From a virus (lineage: Duplodnaviria > Heunggongvirae > Uroviricota > Caudoviricetes), in IMG/VR virus record IMGVR_UViG_3300022562_000659: a stretch of DNA of 64,000 bases. One strand, 5' to 3'. Positions 19,821 through 29,163 of the stretch are shown piece by piece. Numbering within the stretch: the stretch's first letter is position 1; the number at the start of each line of letters is the position of its first letter. The notes under the pieces were generated by a model. The model worked only from the letters and a program-made list of their open reading frames with translations. It did no database searches and had not been told where the DNA came from. Both the position numbers and the translations under genes were made by a program.

Positions 19821-20861
19821 TTGACGCCATTGTATAGCGACGAGATTATCAGATGGAGCAGTTATCCAGAGATATTAAAACGACTACTTGAATTAGAAGC
19901 AGCAAGATACACTCAGCCTGAAATGGCCTATGTTATCAAGGATGAATTTCCAGAAGAGGTACGAAGACTCCCCACTAGGGATCAAATAAAGAACGCTTTG
20001 GCATATGCAAGAGCGAGAGCTGAATATATCCGTGATCGTCCCCGCGCTCAGATCATGCCATACTATGACAAGTATCGTAATGAGATTGAAGGAGTGGTCA
20101 ACGTTGAGAAGGATTTTACCTTACTGGAAAGTATCCTCGCAAAACCTAAGCGCAAAGTGCTTGTTATATCAGACATTCACGTACCGTTTACAGACGAAGA
20201 GAAACTACAGAAGGCGATAGACCTCAACAGAACCGCTGATATGGTGATTATTGGTGGCGACGTGATGGATATGTACGGATGCTCGCGCCATAGAAAGCGC
20301 AAGAGTGTTCCACATGAGATAGAGATTGATAACACGGTTCGTCTAGTTGAGTACTTGTCTCAGACATTTCCATGGGTGCGAATCATTCGCGGAAATCATG
20401 ATGCAAGGGCAATGAAAAAGGTGCAGGACATGGTTCCTGCGGAGTTATTGTATCTATTTGACAATGAGCCATTGGATCTTATTGTCCGTCCGTTTGAAAA
20501 TGTCGAGTATATTGATGATTGGTGGACACAAATAGGGGATGCGATTATCGCACATGCAGAACGATCCTCGTCTATCGAGGGACGACCGGCAACACTATTA
20601 GGAGATTTCTTCACCAACAAGGGATGGGCAAAGCGTTTGGGTATTGTTGCTCCTAGGGTATTCGTACAAGCACATACACATCAAGTGTCGTCTGTTTATC
20701 GAGAGGATACAAAATACTTTGAATGCGGCTGTTTGGCGACAGTAATGGAGTACACTCTTGATTCCACCGCATTCATGCGCCCTCCAATGAATGGATTTGT
20801 CACTCTGACTCAATATGGAGGCGTGACTGACTTCAATTCAAGCAGAGAGTGGGTGCTTTGA
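19821..20861 (+). CDS. calcineurin-like metallophosphoesterase
   Basis: Motifs ISDIHVP, GGDVMD and RGNHD are present (DxH ... GDxxD ... GNHD/E). Confidence 0.6.
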   Translation: MTPLYSDEIIRWSSYPEILKRLLELEAARYTQPEMAYVIKDEFPEEVRRLPTRDQIKNALAYARARAEYIRDRPRAQIMPYYDKYRNEIEGVVNVEKDFTLLESILAKPKRKVLVISDIHVPFTDEEKLQKAIDLNRTADMVIIGGDVMDMYGCSRHRKRKSVPHEIEIDNTVRLVEYLSQTFPWVRIIRGNHDARAMKKVQDMVPAELLYLFDNEPLDLIVRPFENVEYIDDWWTQIGDAIIAHAERSSSIEGRPATLLGDFFTNKGWAKRLGIVAPRVFVQAHTHQVSSVYREDTKYFECGCLATVMEYTLDSTAFMRPPMNGFVTLTQYGGVTDFNSSREWVL

Positions 20862-20864
20862 TTC

Positions 20865-21179
20865 ATGGATAACATGCTATTGGTTCTTTTGCTCATTGGG
20901 CTGGCAGCGGCTGCGGTCACTGCCCTGTGGAACGCTACAGAGGCCCGTAGGCTGGCGCAAAGTCGCGAGGTGGCCGAGGATGCCATCGAGAATATGCGGG
21001 CTGTAATCAATGGAAATGCAGATGTTCTGGTGGAAACTGCCCAGTTTGCCCACCGGTTGTCTAACTCCGTGAGTGAGCTGCAAGCAAAGTCCGACCTCTA
21101 CGCATTAGCGTTGAGCATTCGCAGTGACTACCCAAAACCATCAGAAACCTTTGAAGTTGATATTTTCAAATTGGATTAA
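20865..21179 (+). CDS. small membrane-anchored protein
   Basis: N-terminal TM helix LLVLLLIGLAAAAVTALW. Confidence 0.4.
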   Translation: MDNMLLVLLLIGLAAAAVTALWNATEARRLAQSREVAEDAIENMRAVINGNADVLVETAQFAHRLSNSVSELQAKSDLYALALSIRSDYPKPSETFEVDIFKLD

Positions 21180-21188
21180 CAAAATTTT

Positions 21189-21220
21189 TGGGGGACCAAA
21201 TTTCCCCAGTTTTTTAGAGG
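21189..21220 (+). terminator. rho-independent terminator
   Basis: GGGGGAccaaatTTCCCC hairpin followed by AGTTTTTTAG. Confidence 0.45.
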
Positions 21221-21226
21221 CCCTGT

Positions 21227-21574
21227 ATGTTGAATTCAGAAGAAGTTAAGAAATTATTTAGTGACTACGATGAAGTAATAGAAAAGGTAGTAGAATACCT
21301 GACCTTATATGACGGGAATACGTTTTTTAAGGAAGAAATAGGGCTCATAGCCGGATCGTGCACTACAACTGGATTTTCTGTAGGATATTATTATACAACT
21401 GAAAGTTGGGACACTGAAACATATATAATTCCCTGGAGAGTTATAGATGACTTTGGTGGAATTATAAATGAACTTAAAAAGGAAAAAGACGCTAGAAAGA
21501 AGATAGCGGAAGATATTAAGTATAAGCAAGAAAAAGAAATGTATGAAAGACTGAAGGCTCAGTTTGAAACATAA
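21227..21574 (+). CDS. hypothetical protein
   Basis: 115 aa, last gene of the plus block. Confidence 0.4.
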   Translation: MLNSEEVKKLFSDYDEVIEKVVEYLTLYDGNTFFKEEIGLIAGSCTTTGFSVGYYYTTESWDTETYIIPWRVIDDFGGIINELKKEKDARKKIAEDIKYKQEKEMYERLKAQFET

Positions 21575-21616
21575 AAAAAGCCCGGAGAGAAATTCTCTCC
21601 GGGCTTTGTTTTTATT
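21573..21616. terminator. bidirectional rho-independent terminator at convergent junction
   Basis: A 12-bp stem AGCCCGGAGAGAaattTCTCTCCGGGCT is flanked by an A-run upstream and a T-run downstream. It lies between the plus block end (21574) and the minus block (21626). Confidence 0.75.
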
Positions 21617-21625
21617 TATGGGTAC

Positions 21626-21895
21626 TTACGTTTGTTCAGAATTGGTTTTAGTTAGGCGATCACAAGTCTGATTGAGTCTTCCAACAAATCCGCAGATTCT
21701 AAATGTCCCCATTTTTGGATTCCACATCAATCTGGAAGAAGTCATTTTGATTGTGCGCCCACATTTGGCACAAATAACTGTATCGCTCATAATTGTATTA
21801 AACCACCTGATATAGTCATAGATATTTAGGTTTTGAATTTCCGCCAACGATAGTCCGTTGGTTGGGATGCCTTGGTTTGATTGCACTTCAAACAT
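21626..21895 (-). CDS. small zinc-ribbon protein
   Basis: CAKCGR...CGFVGRLNQTC. Confidence 0.35.
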   Translation of the reverse strand: MFEVQSNQGIPTNGLSLAEIQNLNIYDYIRWFNTIMSDTVICAKCGRTIKMTSSRLMWNPKMGTFRICGFVGRLNQTCDRLTKTNSEQT

Positions 21896-22107
21896 AGCGG
21901 TTGTACATTACTGATTCCCTTTGAACCGCCCCACGCAATAGGAATCACATGATCTACGGTCAATCTAGACGCTGGATCATCCTTGGATTCTTTCTTTGTG
22001 CAGCGTACACACCGGTACTTATAAAGGGCCTTGAGATCAGCCCATTGGTCATGATTGAATTGTCGTCTTCCACTTCTCCGCATATCAATGGAATTTCTCT
22101 GTTTCAA
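21826..22107 (-). CDS. HNH endonuclease
   Basis: Canonical HNH signature: CVRC...DHVIPIAWGGSKGISNVQPLCLKCN. Confidence 0.75.
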   Translation of the reverse strand: MKQRNSIDMRRSGRRQFNHDQWADLKALYKYRCVRCTKKESKDDPASRLTVDHVIPIAWGGSKGISNVQPLCLKCNQTKASQPTDYRWRKFKT

Positions 22108-22324
22108 TTTCTTCTTCTGGATTTGTAGCCTTTAGAAAATTCATAAGGAGACTAACAAGTTGTCCAATACACTCCCTGTGCATTTTCCAACTTGTAGAGT
22201 TTCCCATTGTGATGAGCGCAATCATTTCTCCCGATTGGACTTCTTCCCCACAGCCGCTACAATAAATAGGATCAAATAACCGATTTATTAATACCTGCTG
22301 GTAGGAAAGATTGAAATCACTCAT
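22085..22324 (-). CDS. small zinc-finger protein
   Basis: CSGCGEE...MHREC. Confidence 0.35.
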   Translation of the reverse strand: MSDFNLSYQQVLINRLFDPIYCSGCGEEVQSGEMIALITMGNSTSWKMHRECIGQLVSLLMNFLKATNPEEEIETEKFH

Positions 22325-22673
22325 TAATTTGCTCTGTAGTAGTATAATATGTCATTACATATACATCATATGGACTATGTTCTTGCTTAACTTTAGTTCC
22401 GTGTACAGAAATTACTTTAATTGTAAACTGATTTTCAAGATAAACCTTATTACCACGAGCAGCACTATTCCTCAACTCGTAGAGTTTATCGGCCAAATCT
22501 ATATTTTTTCTATTATCATAGAATTCTACCATTTTCTTCAGGGTATCTAGTGTGACAGCTACATTATCCCACCCATTCCATGTTGTAAATAGGGGATAAC
22601 AATCCCACAACTCAGATTGCCCATAGAATCGGAACCGGCCCGTTCCACGAACAGGCTGTTTAACCTTGTTCAT
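22317..22673 (-). CDS. hypothetical protein
   Basis: 118 aa ORF. Confidence 0.4.
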   Translation of the reverse strand: MNKVKQPVRGTGRFRFYGQSELWDCYPLFTTWNGWDNVAVTLDTLKKMVEFYDNRKNIDLADKLYELRNSAARGNKVYLENQFTIKVISVHGTKVKQEHSPYDVYVMTYYTTTEQINE

Positions 22674-22990
22674 GCAGCATTCTTCCTTCGATTACGATTA
22701 CGTGTCTCATTATAGATATGGCCTTTAATAGCACGTATTTCTCTCGTAGCAGCCACACAACGTTCTCGATATACAGGATCGCTACGACGTGCTTTTTGAT
22801 CGGCGGCTTTCTTTTCCTTCCCACAGGCCCTGCACATTTTCATACCTGATTCTGGATTCCAGAATTCAAGTGTAAGGGGCCAGAAGATTTGGCTATTCTT
22901 TTGTTTACATGATTCACACCTCATTTCAAATTCTTCGGTATCTTTATTATACCGAACAGGGGCGGTAGAACTCACATAATTTCGTACCAT
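22670..22990 (-). CDS. hypothetical zinc-binding protein
   Basis: CESCKQK...CRACGK. Confidence 0.4.
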   Translation of the reverse strand: MVRNYVSSTAPVRYNKDTEEFEMRCESCKQKNSQIFWPLTLEFWNPESGMKMCRACGKEKKAADQKARRSDPVYRERCVAATREIRAIKGHIYNETRNRNRRKNAA

Positions 22991-22991
22991 A

Positions 22992-23951
22992 CTAAATGGG
23001 CCTCAACTTAATCCTACCGCGTGGAGTCCGATCAATAATCCCCATCTGAAGTAGATATGGCTCAATCTCATTTTCGATTGTCATTTGATCAATTCCCAAC
23101 ACAGCAGTTAGTGCTGAAATACCAATAGGCCGATTTGGAAGTGCATCTACATACTTTCGATCACGTTCGGTAAATCCTTTTGCATCAACTCCGAGAAGAT
23201 TAAATGCTTCGTAAACAACAGGAGGATCAATGATCCGTTGCCTATTGACAGCCATAAGATCAAAGATCATCGACAAATAAACGGTAACCTGACGAGCATT
23301 TGATCGTGAACGCTGTGCTACAAGATTAAGGACTCCCGGTGAGGGGATAACTCCTTTTCTGGTACAGATATTCTCTGCAATCTTTTCAATATTGGAAATC
23401 GAGTACCGTTCCAATTCAAGCGTGCGAAAGCGGCTTTTGAATGCGGACGGGAGTTTACCGGGATCGGTTGTGCATCCGACAATGCTGAGTTTACCAGCAT
23501 CGATAGCAACATTCAATCGATCAGCTACACCCGGATCAACCAAGTGGATTTCATCGATGATGAGCATTCCACTCTCTGGCTTTTCCTTATTAATTGTCAT
23601 ACCATCTTTCAGATCGGTTGCATAAACTTCTCCTTTGAATTCACGGAATGCAACCATAGCAAGTGATGTTTTACCTAGCCCGAATCCTCCGGTAATCAAA
23701 ATATTTGGTAGTGATCTGTGTTCTTGTTTCGCTGCCTGAACCATAATGGACATGAGTTTCTTTGGATTGTCCTGTCCAATATAGTCATCAAATGTCTTGG
23801 GATTGAAAATAGATGGTTTGAGTGGTACTCTCTTTTGTTTTTCCTGTATCGGTTTGGGTGCTGTTACAGTACGGGTAGGGGGAGAGTGACTTGTTCTGGA
23901 TAGTGGTTTAGCCAGCCTGTTAAATTCAGCCAGCCGATCAAGGCTATCCAT
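22992..23951 (-). CDS. AAA+ ATPase, RuvB-like Holliday-junction helicase
   Basis: The RuvB N-terminal signature is FNPKTFDDYIGQDN. Walker A is GGFGLGKTSLAMV. Walker B is LIIDEIHLV. A C-terminal winged helix is present. Confidence 0.65.
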   Translation of the reverse strand: MDSLDRLAEFNRLAKPLSRTSHSPPTRTVTAPKPIQEKQKRVPLKPSIFNPKTFDDYIGQDNPKKLMSIMVQAAKQEHRSLPNILITGGFGLGKTSLAMVAFREFKGEVYATDLKDGMTINKEKPESGMLIIDEIHLVDPGVADRLNVAIDAGKLSIVGCTTDPGKLPSAFKSRFRTLELERYSISNIEKIAENICTRKGVIPSPGVLNLVAQRSRSNARQVTVYLSMIFDLMAVNRQRIIDPPVVYEAFNLLGVDAKGFTERDRKYVDALPNRPIGISALTAVLGIDQMTIENEIEPYLLQMGIIDRTPRGRIKLRPI

Positions 23952-24183
23952 TTTTCAGGGACTTGAGTGTGTCACCGCAATAATCCAAAAGGCACAAGTA
24001 TCTGACGGGTTCATTCGTGTTTGCAAGCATGACTGGAATACCATCCTTACACCATTTTTGCTTGTCAAGGACAATAGCAGTCCGTACACCCTTGAAATTA
24101 AAGGGGCTTTCAACAATTACAGCATTTCCAGGAACAAAACCTCCTTTATATACTGTTGGTTCAATTGTCTTCCTTCTAGCCAA
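23944..24183 (-). CDS. hypothetical protein
   Basis: 79 aa, overlaps the RuvB-like start. Confidence 0.35.
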   Translation of the reverse strand: MARRKTIEPTVYKGGFVPGNAVIVESPFNFKGVRTAIVLDKQKWCKDGIPVMLANTNEPVRYLCLLDYCGDTLKSLKNG

Positions 24184-24225
24184 GGTTACAGCCCATTCGG
24201 ATTTTTCCTTTTACGGATATTAAAA

Positions 24226-24429
24226 TTAGAATAGTTCGAAGTCCACAACGTCGTGGAGATTAGCCAAATCAATATATTTAGCAAGAAATTGATCAATATC
24301 CCCTTCAACCTCATAAAGCGGTCTTTCACTTTTAATTGTTCCTTCTTTTTCTTCAACTAGTGCCTGAAATGTATCTACGTCATCTGGATCAAATTGCACC
24401 TCAACTACCATTCGAAGAAAGTTACTCAT
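24226..24429 (-). CDS. hypothetical acidic protein
   Basis: 67 aa. Confidence 0.35.
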   Translation of the reverse strand: MSNFLRMVVEVQFDPDDVDTFQALVEEKEGTIKSERPLYEVEGDIDQFLAKYIDLANLHDVVDFELF

Positions 24430-24570
24430 GATGATGCTCCGCAGAAAGATAACTAAGGTAAACTAGCGTAGCGTAGAAGACAAAACATGTCATCATAATA
24501 AGAAATGTGGATAGCATTAGGTTACTCCATCAATAATTGAATTTACGTATACGTAATCATTTATCGTCCA

Positions 24571-24789
24571 TCAATCAACTCCCAAATCTCTACCGGATAG
24601 AGCCTTGATAATGTCTGCCGCAATATCAGTGTTATACTCACTCTCACCATACGAGCGATTTAGAATACCAACTACAGTCTCTACTGCCTTTCTATTGCGG
24701 TCATATCTCTTCTTCACGTCCTTGCAAAGATGCGGCTCATCAAGTGTATTAGACTCTTGTTTGCATCTTTGACACCAATATCGCGCCAC
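24571..24789 (-). CDS. hypothetical zinc-ribbon protein
   Basis: CQRCKQESNTLDEPHLC. Confidence 0.35.
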   Translation of the reverse strand: MARYWCQRCKQESNTLDEPHLCKDVKKRYDRNRKAVETVVGILNRSYGESEYNTDIAADIIKALSGRDLGVD

Positions 24790-24977
24790 TATTCTTCCTC
24801 TTTGTAATCAATAACAAGTTTATCCGATTCTGCCAGAAGAGGCCAATCATTGAGAAAGATTGCAATTTCTTTTTCCAAATCTTCCTCATATGTATGGATA
24901 TTAACAGTCACAACTCTATGGATACAGTTACGACCGATACACAATATAATTCTAACATTGCGCTTATTTGTTACCAT
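24789..24977 (-). CDS. hypothetical protein
   Basis: 62 aa. Confidence 0.3.
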   Translation of the reverse strand: MVTNKRNVRIILCIGRNCIHRVVTVNIHTYEEDLEKEIAIFLNDWPLLAESDKLVIDYKEEE

Positions 24978-25245
24978 GAACAGTTCTGACTTTCAAGGCG
25001 TGGGACCATTCTTCGTAATTGTTAGCCTTGAGATCAGCCTCAAATTCAGCCATATGGGATTGTGCATGTCGCACAAGATCAACATATACCTGCCACTTGA
25101 GTGATGTGTAATAATGGGTTTCTCCAGCAATAAGAGAATCAAGCCATCGGCGTCGGGCCTTGATTGCCTCTTGATATCGTACATTCATTTGTGCTGCGCT
25201 AAGTTTCATTATTACTTGCCCTTCTTTGAAGAGCGTCGGGGCCAT
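24964..25245 (-). CDS. hypothetical protein
   Basis: 93 aa. Confidence 0.35.
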   Translation of the reverse strand: MAPTLFKEGQVIMKLSAAQMNVRYQEAIKARRRWLDSLIAGETHYYTSLKWQVYVDLVRHAQSHMAEFEADLKANNYEEWSHALKVRTVHGNK

Positions 25246-25559
25246 GAAAATTCAAATCGAAGCCAGCGCCCATTTCGCAGATAGTAACTAAAACTTGCAG
25301 CATGTGCATTCACATACTCAGGCTCATAGGTATATGACACATTCAATGTCTGCGCAATAATAATCATGCCGTCAACATGCGGAGTATCAAATCCAAGATG
25401 CTGACGAGAGGCATACGCAGAAAAGAGCGGCCAGATTTCAAACTTGTGCTTACGCACAGGATACTTCTGCTCAACTCTATTACGAAGTTCATCCCAATGA
25501 TTCAATGCGTTGGTATTCTCAATTGCATCATTGATGAAATTGTCGAATCTATCTTCCAT
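25212..25559 (-). CDS. hypothetical protein
   Basis: 115 aa. Confidence 0.35.
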   Translation of the reverse strand: MEDRFDNFINDAIENTNALNHWDELRNRVEQKYPVRKHKFEIWPLFSAYASRQHLGFDTPHVDGMIIIAQTLNVSYTYEPEYVNAHAASFSYYLRNGRWLRFEFSWPRRSSKKGK

Positions 25560-25560
25560 T

Positions 25561-25800
25561 TTATAGTACCTCTAGATTGATAAATGAAATCTCAGTACTC
25601 ATTTCTCCATTGAAGCCGGATTCAATTTGCGCCCAAACTTCACTAGGAATGGTACTAACAGCATTATCAATAGCATCAAAAACAGTAATTGGGCCATCCC
25701 TTTCCATTAAGGCAAATGGTACTATTGATGTAAGTTTAATATTGATAGTTACACTATATAGTTTTTCCTCATAAAATGACATTTCAATTCTCCATTTCAA
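25561..25800 (-). CDS. hypothetical protein
   Basis: 79 aa. Confidence 0.35.
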   Translation of the reverse strand: MKWRIEMSFYEEKLYSVTINIKLTSIVPFALMERDGPITVFDAIDNAVSTIPSEVWAQIESGFNGEMSTEISFINLEVL

Positions 25801-26005
25801 ATGCTTGCTGTTCCTTGTATGATTTGTGAATAAGTCTGATTATTGCATCAATACTCATTTCCTCCACGCCTTGTCGCATTTGATCGGCAAGTGCAACACG
25901 CACTCGATTGATATCAACGTACATTTCTTTTAGATTGATTACTTTTGATTCTGGAATTTGATTAGCCATTTTTTCTCCAAGATACCCGAATAGCCGGAAA
26001 GTCAA
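25784..26005 (-). CDS. hypothetical protein
   Basis: 73 aa. Confidence 0.35.
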   Translation of the reverse strand: MTFRLFGYLGEKMANQIPESKVINLKEMYVDINRVRVALADQMRQGVEEMSIDAIIRLIHKSYKEQQAFEMEN

Positions 26006-26039
26006 AATGACTCCCGGCTAATCAGGTGTAACTACGTGA

Positions 26040-26078
26040 CTGAATACGCGCGGATTTCAGAAATCAGACCCCGCCCCA
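26040..26078. repeat. left terminal inverted repeat of GC-rich cassette
   Basis: CTGAATACGCGCGGATTTCAGAA...CCCCGCCCC matches the reverse complement of 26741..26774 (GGGGCGG...CTGAAATCCGTCCGCGCGTATTCAG). The 15-nt core is perfect; the rest is imperfect. Confidence 0.6.
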
Positions 26079-26092
26079 TTTTCCACGAACGA

Positions 26093-26692
26093 TTAAGCGT
26101 TCGCAGTCTCAGGAGTCGTCTTCGCAGCCGACACCTTGGAAGCAAGAGCAAGAAGAGCCTCAACCTGATCAGCAGGAATATCCTTGACATTGATCTGATC
26201 GAGGGCATCCAGACGGATAACGCGGCGCTTGGGACCACGACGAGTCTCAATACCGTGAGCGGTCTTGTACTGCGCAGTTGCATTACGCGCATACGCAGGA
26301 GTCTTGGAAGTGCCAGCCTCAACGGAACCCTTGAGGTAAAGCACCATCCAATTAGTCATATCCTGCGGGTCACTGTACGGCGCAGGAGCCTCACCATTCA
26401 GATAGTTATAGAACGGCATGAACTCCAGACGACGATCACGACCAGCAAGATCGGAAATAAGCTGCTCCGGAGTAACATCAAGGTCACCCCTGATAGAGAA
26501 TCCGATAGCATTAATCACACCATCCGGATGCTCTTCCGTAGGCGGAAGAACAACCCAATTTGCGACCTCACCACCGAAAAACTCACAGACACCGCGCCAA
26601 GCGGCAGCAAGAGCCTTTGCGGACTTTGGATCGGTCACATCAATCGGATCGGTGCGAGAAATAACAGGAGCAGTAGAGGTAGAACGAGCCAT
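26093..26692 (-). CDS. hypothetical protein encoded inside GC-rich inverted-repeat-flanked cassette
   Basis: 199 aa with ordinary protein composition. The plus-strand alternative (26036..26701) is R/S/L low-complexity and was rejected. Local GC is visibly higher than the flanks. Confidence 0.45.
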   Translation of the reverse strand: MARSTSTAPVISRTDPIDVTDPKSAKALAAAWRGVCEFFGGEVANWVVLPPTEEHPDGVINAIGFSIRGDLDVTPEQLISDLAGRDRRLEFMPFYNYLNGEAPAPYSDPQDMTNWMVLYLKGSVEAGTSKTPAYARNATAQYKTAHGIETRRGPKRRVIRLDALDQINVKDIPADQVEALLALASKVSAAKTTPETANA

Positions 26693-26740
26693 TTTGGATA
26701 ATCCCTTTCGATTTCGTAACTGTATTGTTCGGATCGAATA

Positions 26741-26774
26741 GGGGCGGCTCTGAAATCCGTCCGCGCGTATTCAG
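26741..26774. repeat. right terminal inverted repeat of GC-rich cassette
   Basis: See 26040..26078. Confidence 0.6.
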
Positions 26775-27373
26775 TTGTTAAGGTATGGTGCCATCCTACC
26801 GCCTATCGCTAGGAGTTGTCAATACTATTTTCGCGGTTTTAAAAAATTGTTGGAGTGTATTTTGAGTGGCCCTATTTTAGTAGATGAATTCTACCTAATA
26901 GGTAGGGTTACTCGGATGGCACTTATCCACAGTATCAAAATGTTGCGTGCGTGTCAACAAATTCAGGAATTACGTCAGGAGAGTTTCAAATTTGAGCCTG
27001 TTACTAAACACCCCGGTCAGGAAATTCAGGTTTGATTATAGCATTCTTTCAAATATTTTAATTCACTGCCTTCAATTTCTGAAAAGCTTGGTGGATATCA
27101 CAGTATATCCATTTTTGATCCATTCGCCATTCCAGGCCAGAAAATACAAGATTTGCCGGGGCAGAAATCCAGTCTAGTTTTCCTGGCAGAAACAGGGGTA
27201 ATTCAAGGACAGTATTAAGATTTCGATACAAAACTTGACACGGGGCCGAAAGTGTGCTACGCGCGGGTGCATTTTATATACGTTGCTAGCACTAATCCAG
27301 GCGGTTAAGTCCATCGATTAAATCGGTTTATTCTTTGCTTCGACCTCTATCGCTTGTCGCAAATAAATTTCCT

Positions 27374-27402
27374 CTTGACATGGGAACCATCTTGAGGTAT
27401 AA
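27374..27402 (+). promoter_or_regulatory. consensus sigma-70/sigma-A promoter (TTGACA-17 nt-TATAAT)
   Basis: TTGACA at 27374..27379, exactly 17 nt spacer, TATAAT at 27397..27402. It lies at the head of the plus block, about 70 nt upstream of the ATG at 27473. Confidence 0.6.
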
Positions 27403-27472
27403 TGGCTGTAAGCCAAATTTTATGTATCCAGTCAATCCGATGCATAAATCGCTTGCGGAAAGGGAGTCCACA

Positions 27473-28156
27473 ATGGAAACGGAAACCACAAATCCGGTTC
27501 CGGATAGCGACGACGAATTGCTCTCGGTTGCAATTCCACGTTCTCAAATCCTTCGGGAGAAGCGCCTTGCTGAAACTCGTTCCGGATTTGATAATGATGA
27601 TCTGGATTTGTTCGCAATCGCGGGCGTCGATCCTGATTCCAAGTCCCGAAAGCCTCGCGAGTATCGTTATTACAATCTGACTGCACGGTCGATTGATGAA
27701 ACGATCACCGAAACCGATCTGATTTCAACTCTCGCATTCCGTCGTCGTAATGAATATCGGAAGCAGGGATACAAGGTTGATTTGGTGGAAACGGTTTGCA
27801 GTGCCGAACCATTCCAGCCAGTCGATACGGAAATTCACTATAATCCCCAGTTTCCAGTTCCGGCTTACGTTGAGCCTGTGAATAAGACTCGTCGGTACAA
27901 TCCGACTAATACAGCCGCAATTCGACAGCGGGATCGCGCATTTCAGCAGGAAAACAATCGGCTGCGCAAAATCGCAGAACAGAATCAGAATAACAAGTGC
28001 TTCGTCCATTCCAAGTCCACAGGAGAAATGATCTTCGCTGGTACGCCCCTGGAATTGAATCACTATCTTCTTTCTCTTCATCGAAAGGGAATGCTTGATC
28101 TGACTCAAATCATCGTTTCCATTCCGGCCTCGATCAAAAAGCTGAATCGTGGATAG
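27473..28156 (+). CDS. hypothetical acidic protein (first gene downstream of consensus promoter)
   Basis: ATG after a GGAAAGGGAG RBS. The track ORF start at 27335 lies upstream of the promoter and is unlikely to be the real start. Confidence 0.45.
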   Translation: METETTNPVPDSDDELLSVAIPRSQILREKRLAETRSGFDNDDLDLFAIAGVDPDSKSRKPREYRYYNLTARSIDETITETDLISTLAFRRRNEYRKQGYKVDLVETVCSAEPFQPVDTEIHYNPQFPVPAYVEPVNKTRRYNPTNTAAIRQRDRAFQQENNRLRKIAEQNQNNKCFVHSKSTGEMIFAGTPLELNHYLLSLHRKGMLDLTQIIVSIPASIKKLNRG

Positions 28157-28367
28157 GATTATGGATACCGAAAAAGATATCGAGGATACCATTCGTATCC
28201 GGAATGCAGAGGGGAAAATCAGACAGCAAGTTTTGTCTGTTCTAGAACTAGCGGTTCCCGAAATTCGCGATTACTTGGTTCGTCCAAATCCCAATATCGA
28301 AGATGCCCTTTGGCGGCTAGATCAAATCGAAGAATTGATGATCAAACTTCGTAGGGAGAATTCATAA
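28149..28367 (+). CDS. hypothetical protein
   Basis: 72 aa. Confidence 0.35.
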   Translation: MDRIMDTEKDIEDTIRIRNAEGKIRQQVLSVLELAVPEIRDYLVRPNPNIEDALWRLDQIEELMIKLRRENS

Positions 28368-28720
28368 TGGCCGAGCATGAGGGAATTTCAGTACGCACGA
28401 TTAGCAATCCACATGATCTTGTGGAAAAACTTACGGGTGTAAGGCCAGATTCTGGAATTTGTATTCTTTGTAAGAATGCGCTTGTTTCTGGAATTGATAC
28501 TGATCATTCAGTTTGCAATTCCTGTTGGACAGAGACATTCAAGCACAAATACGAACCATACGATCCAGAAACGGAATGGACAATCGGTAATAGGGATGAT
28601 CGGTGCGGAACGTGTTATCTTCCTCTTGAACGTCATCGGGTAGGGGAAATGACAATGTACTGTCCGCCCCAGTGTAATATCTGTGATGAAGCGGAGAATG
28701 ATGAAATTCATATCAGGTGA
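28367..28720 (+). CDS. Cys-rich zinc-binding protein
   Basis: Multiple CxxC pairs (CILCKN, CNSCW, CGTCY, CNIC). Confidence 0.4.
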   Translation: MAEHEGISVRTISNPHDLVEKLTGVRPDSGICILCKNALVSGIDTDHSVCNSCWTETFKHKYEPYDPETEWTIGNRDDRCGTCYLPLERHRVGEMTMYCPPQCNICDEAENDEIHIR

Positions 28721-28724
28721 GATT

Positions 28725-29000
28725 TTTCGGCTAGGATACAATATTAGATTAGGGTTTTGGGTGTTTGCTTCTAATCTGGTTGTGAGAATGCCTAGCGAGT
28801 CGGTCAAACTCTAAACCGACACTATTATTCCTATCCCTCTTGGGTATCCAAGATTGGATAGGGCCTAGGAAACCGGGTTGGCTCCCCGTAAGGGATTTGA
28901 GTTTGTAATTGGGTTTGTCCCCCCCGGTTTCCTAATAACCGTGACGGCTCCGGTTACCCGTCGCTATTTACGTATTCTGCTCCTAGTAGCAAAAAGGGGA
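28725..29000 (+). ncRNA. highly structured non-coding region (nested hairpins), candidate regulatory RNA/leader
   Basis: Several perfect inverted repeats were read directly. They are AGATTAG/CTAATCT, GTCGGT/ACCGAC, TATCCAA/TTGGATA and a 10-bp long-range pair GGAAACCGGG (about 28869) with CCCGGTTTCC (about 28925). No ORF is present. Confidence 0.3.
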
Positions 29001-29163
29001 GTCCGATGTAAACTGGTACAAATTACGGTAATGACGAACTGAATATAGTACCAATAAATAAACTACATAACAACTGAATAACGTTTCCGGAAAAATTATT
29101 CAATGTTTCGCGTAAATTCCATTAAATTCAAAACAACTCAGCAAAATAGAAGGGAATTTCGAA

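Noticed and set aside
26036-26701. Plus-strand 221-aa ORF across the GC-rich cassette
   Set aside because: Its translation is Arg/Ser/Leu/Thr low-complexity, typical of the antisense of a GC-rich gene. The minus-strand ORF 26093..26692 has normal composition.
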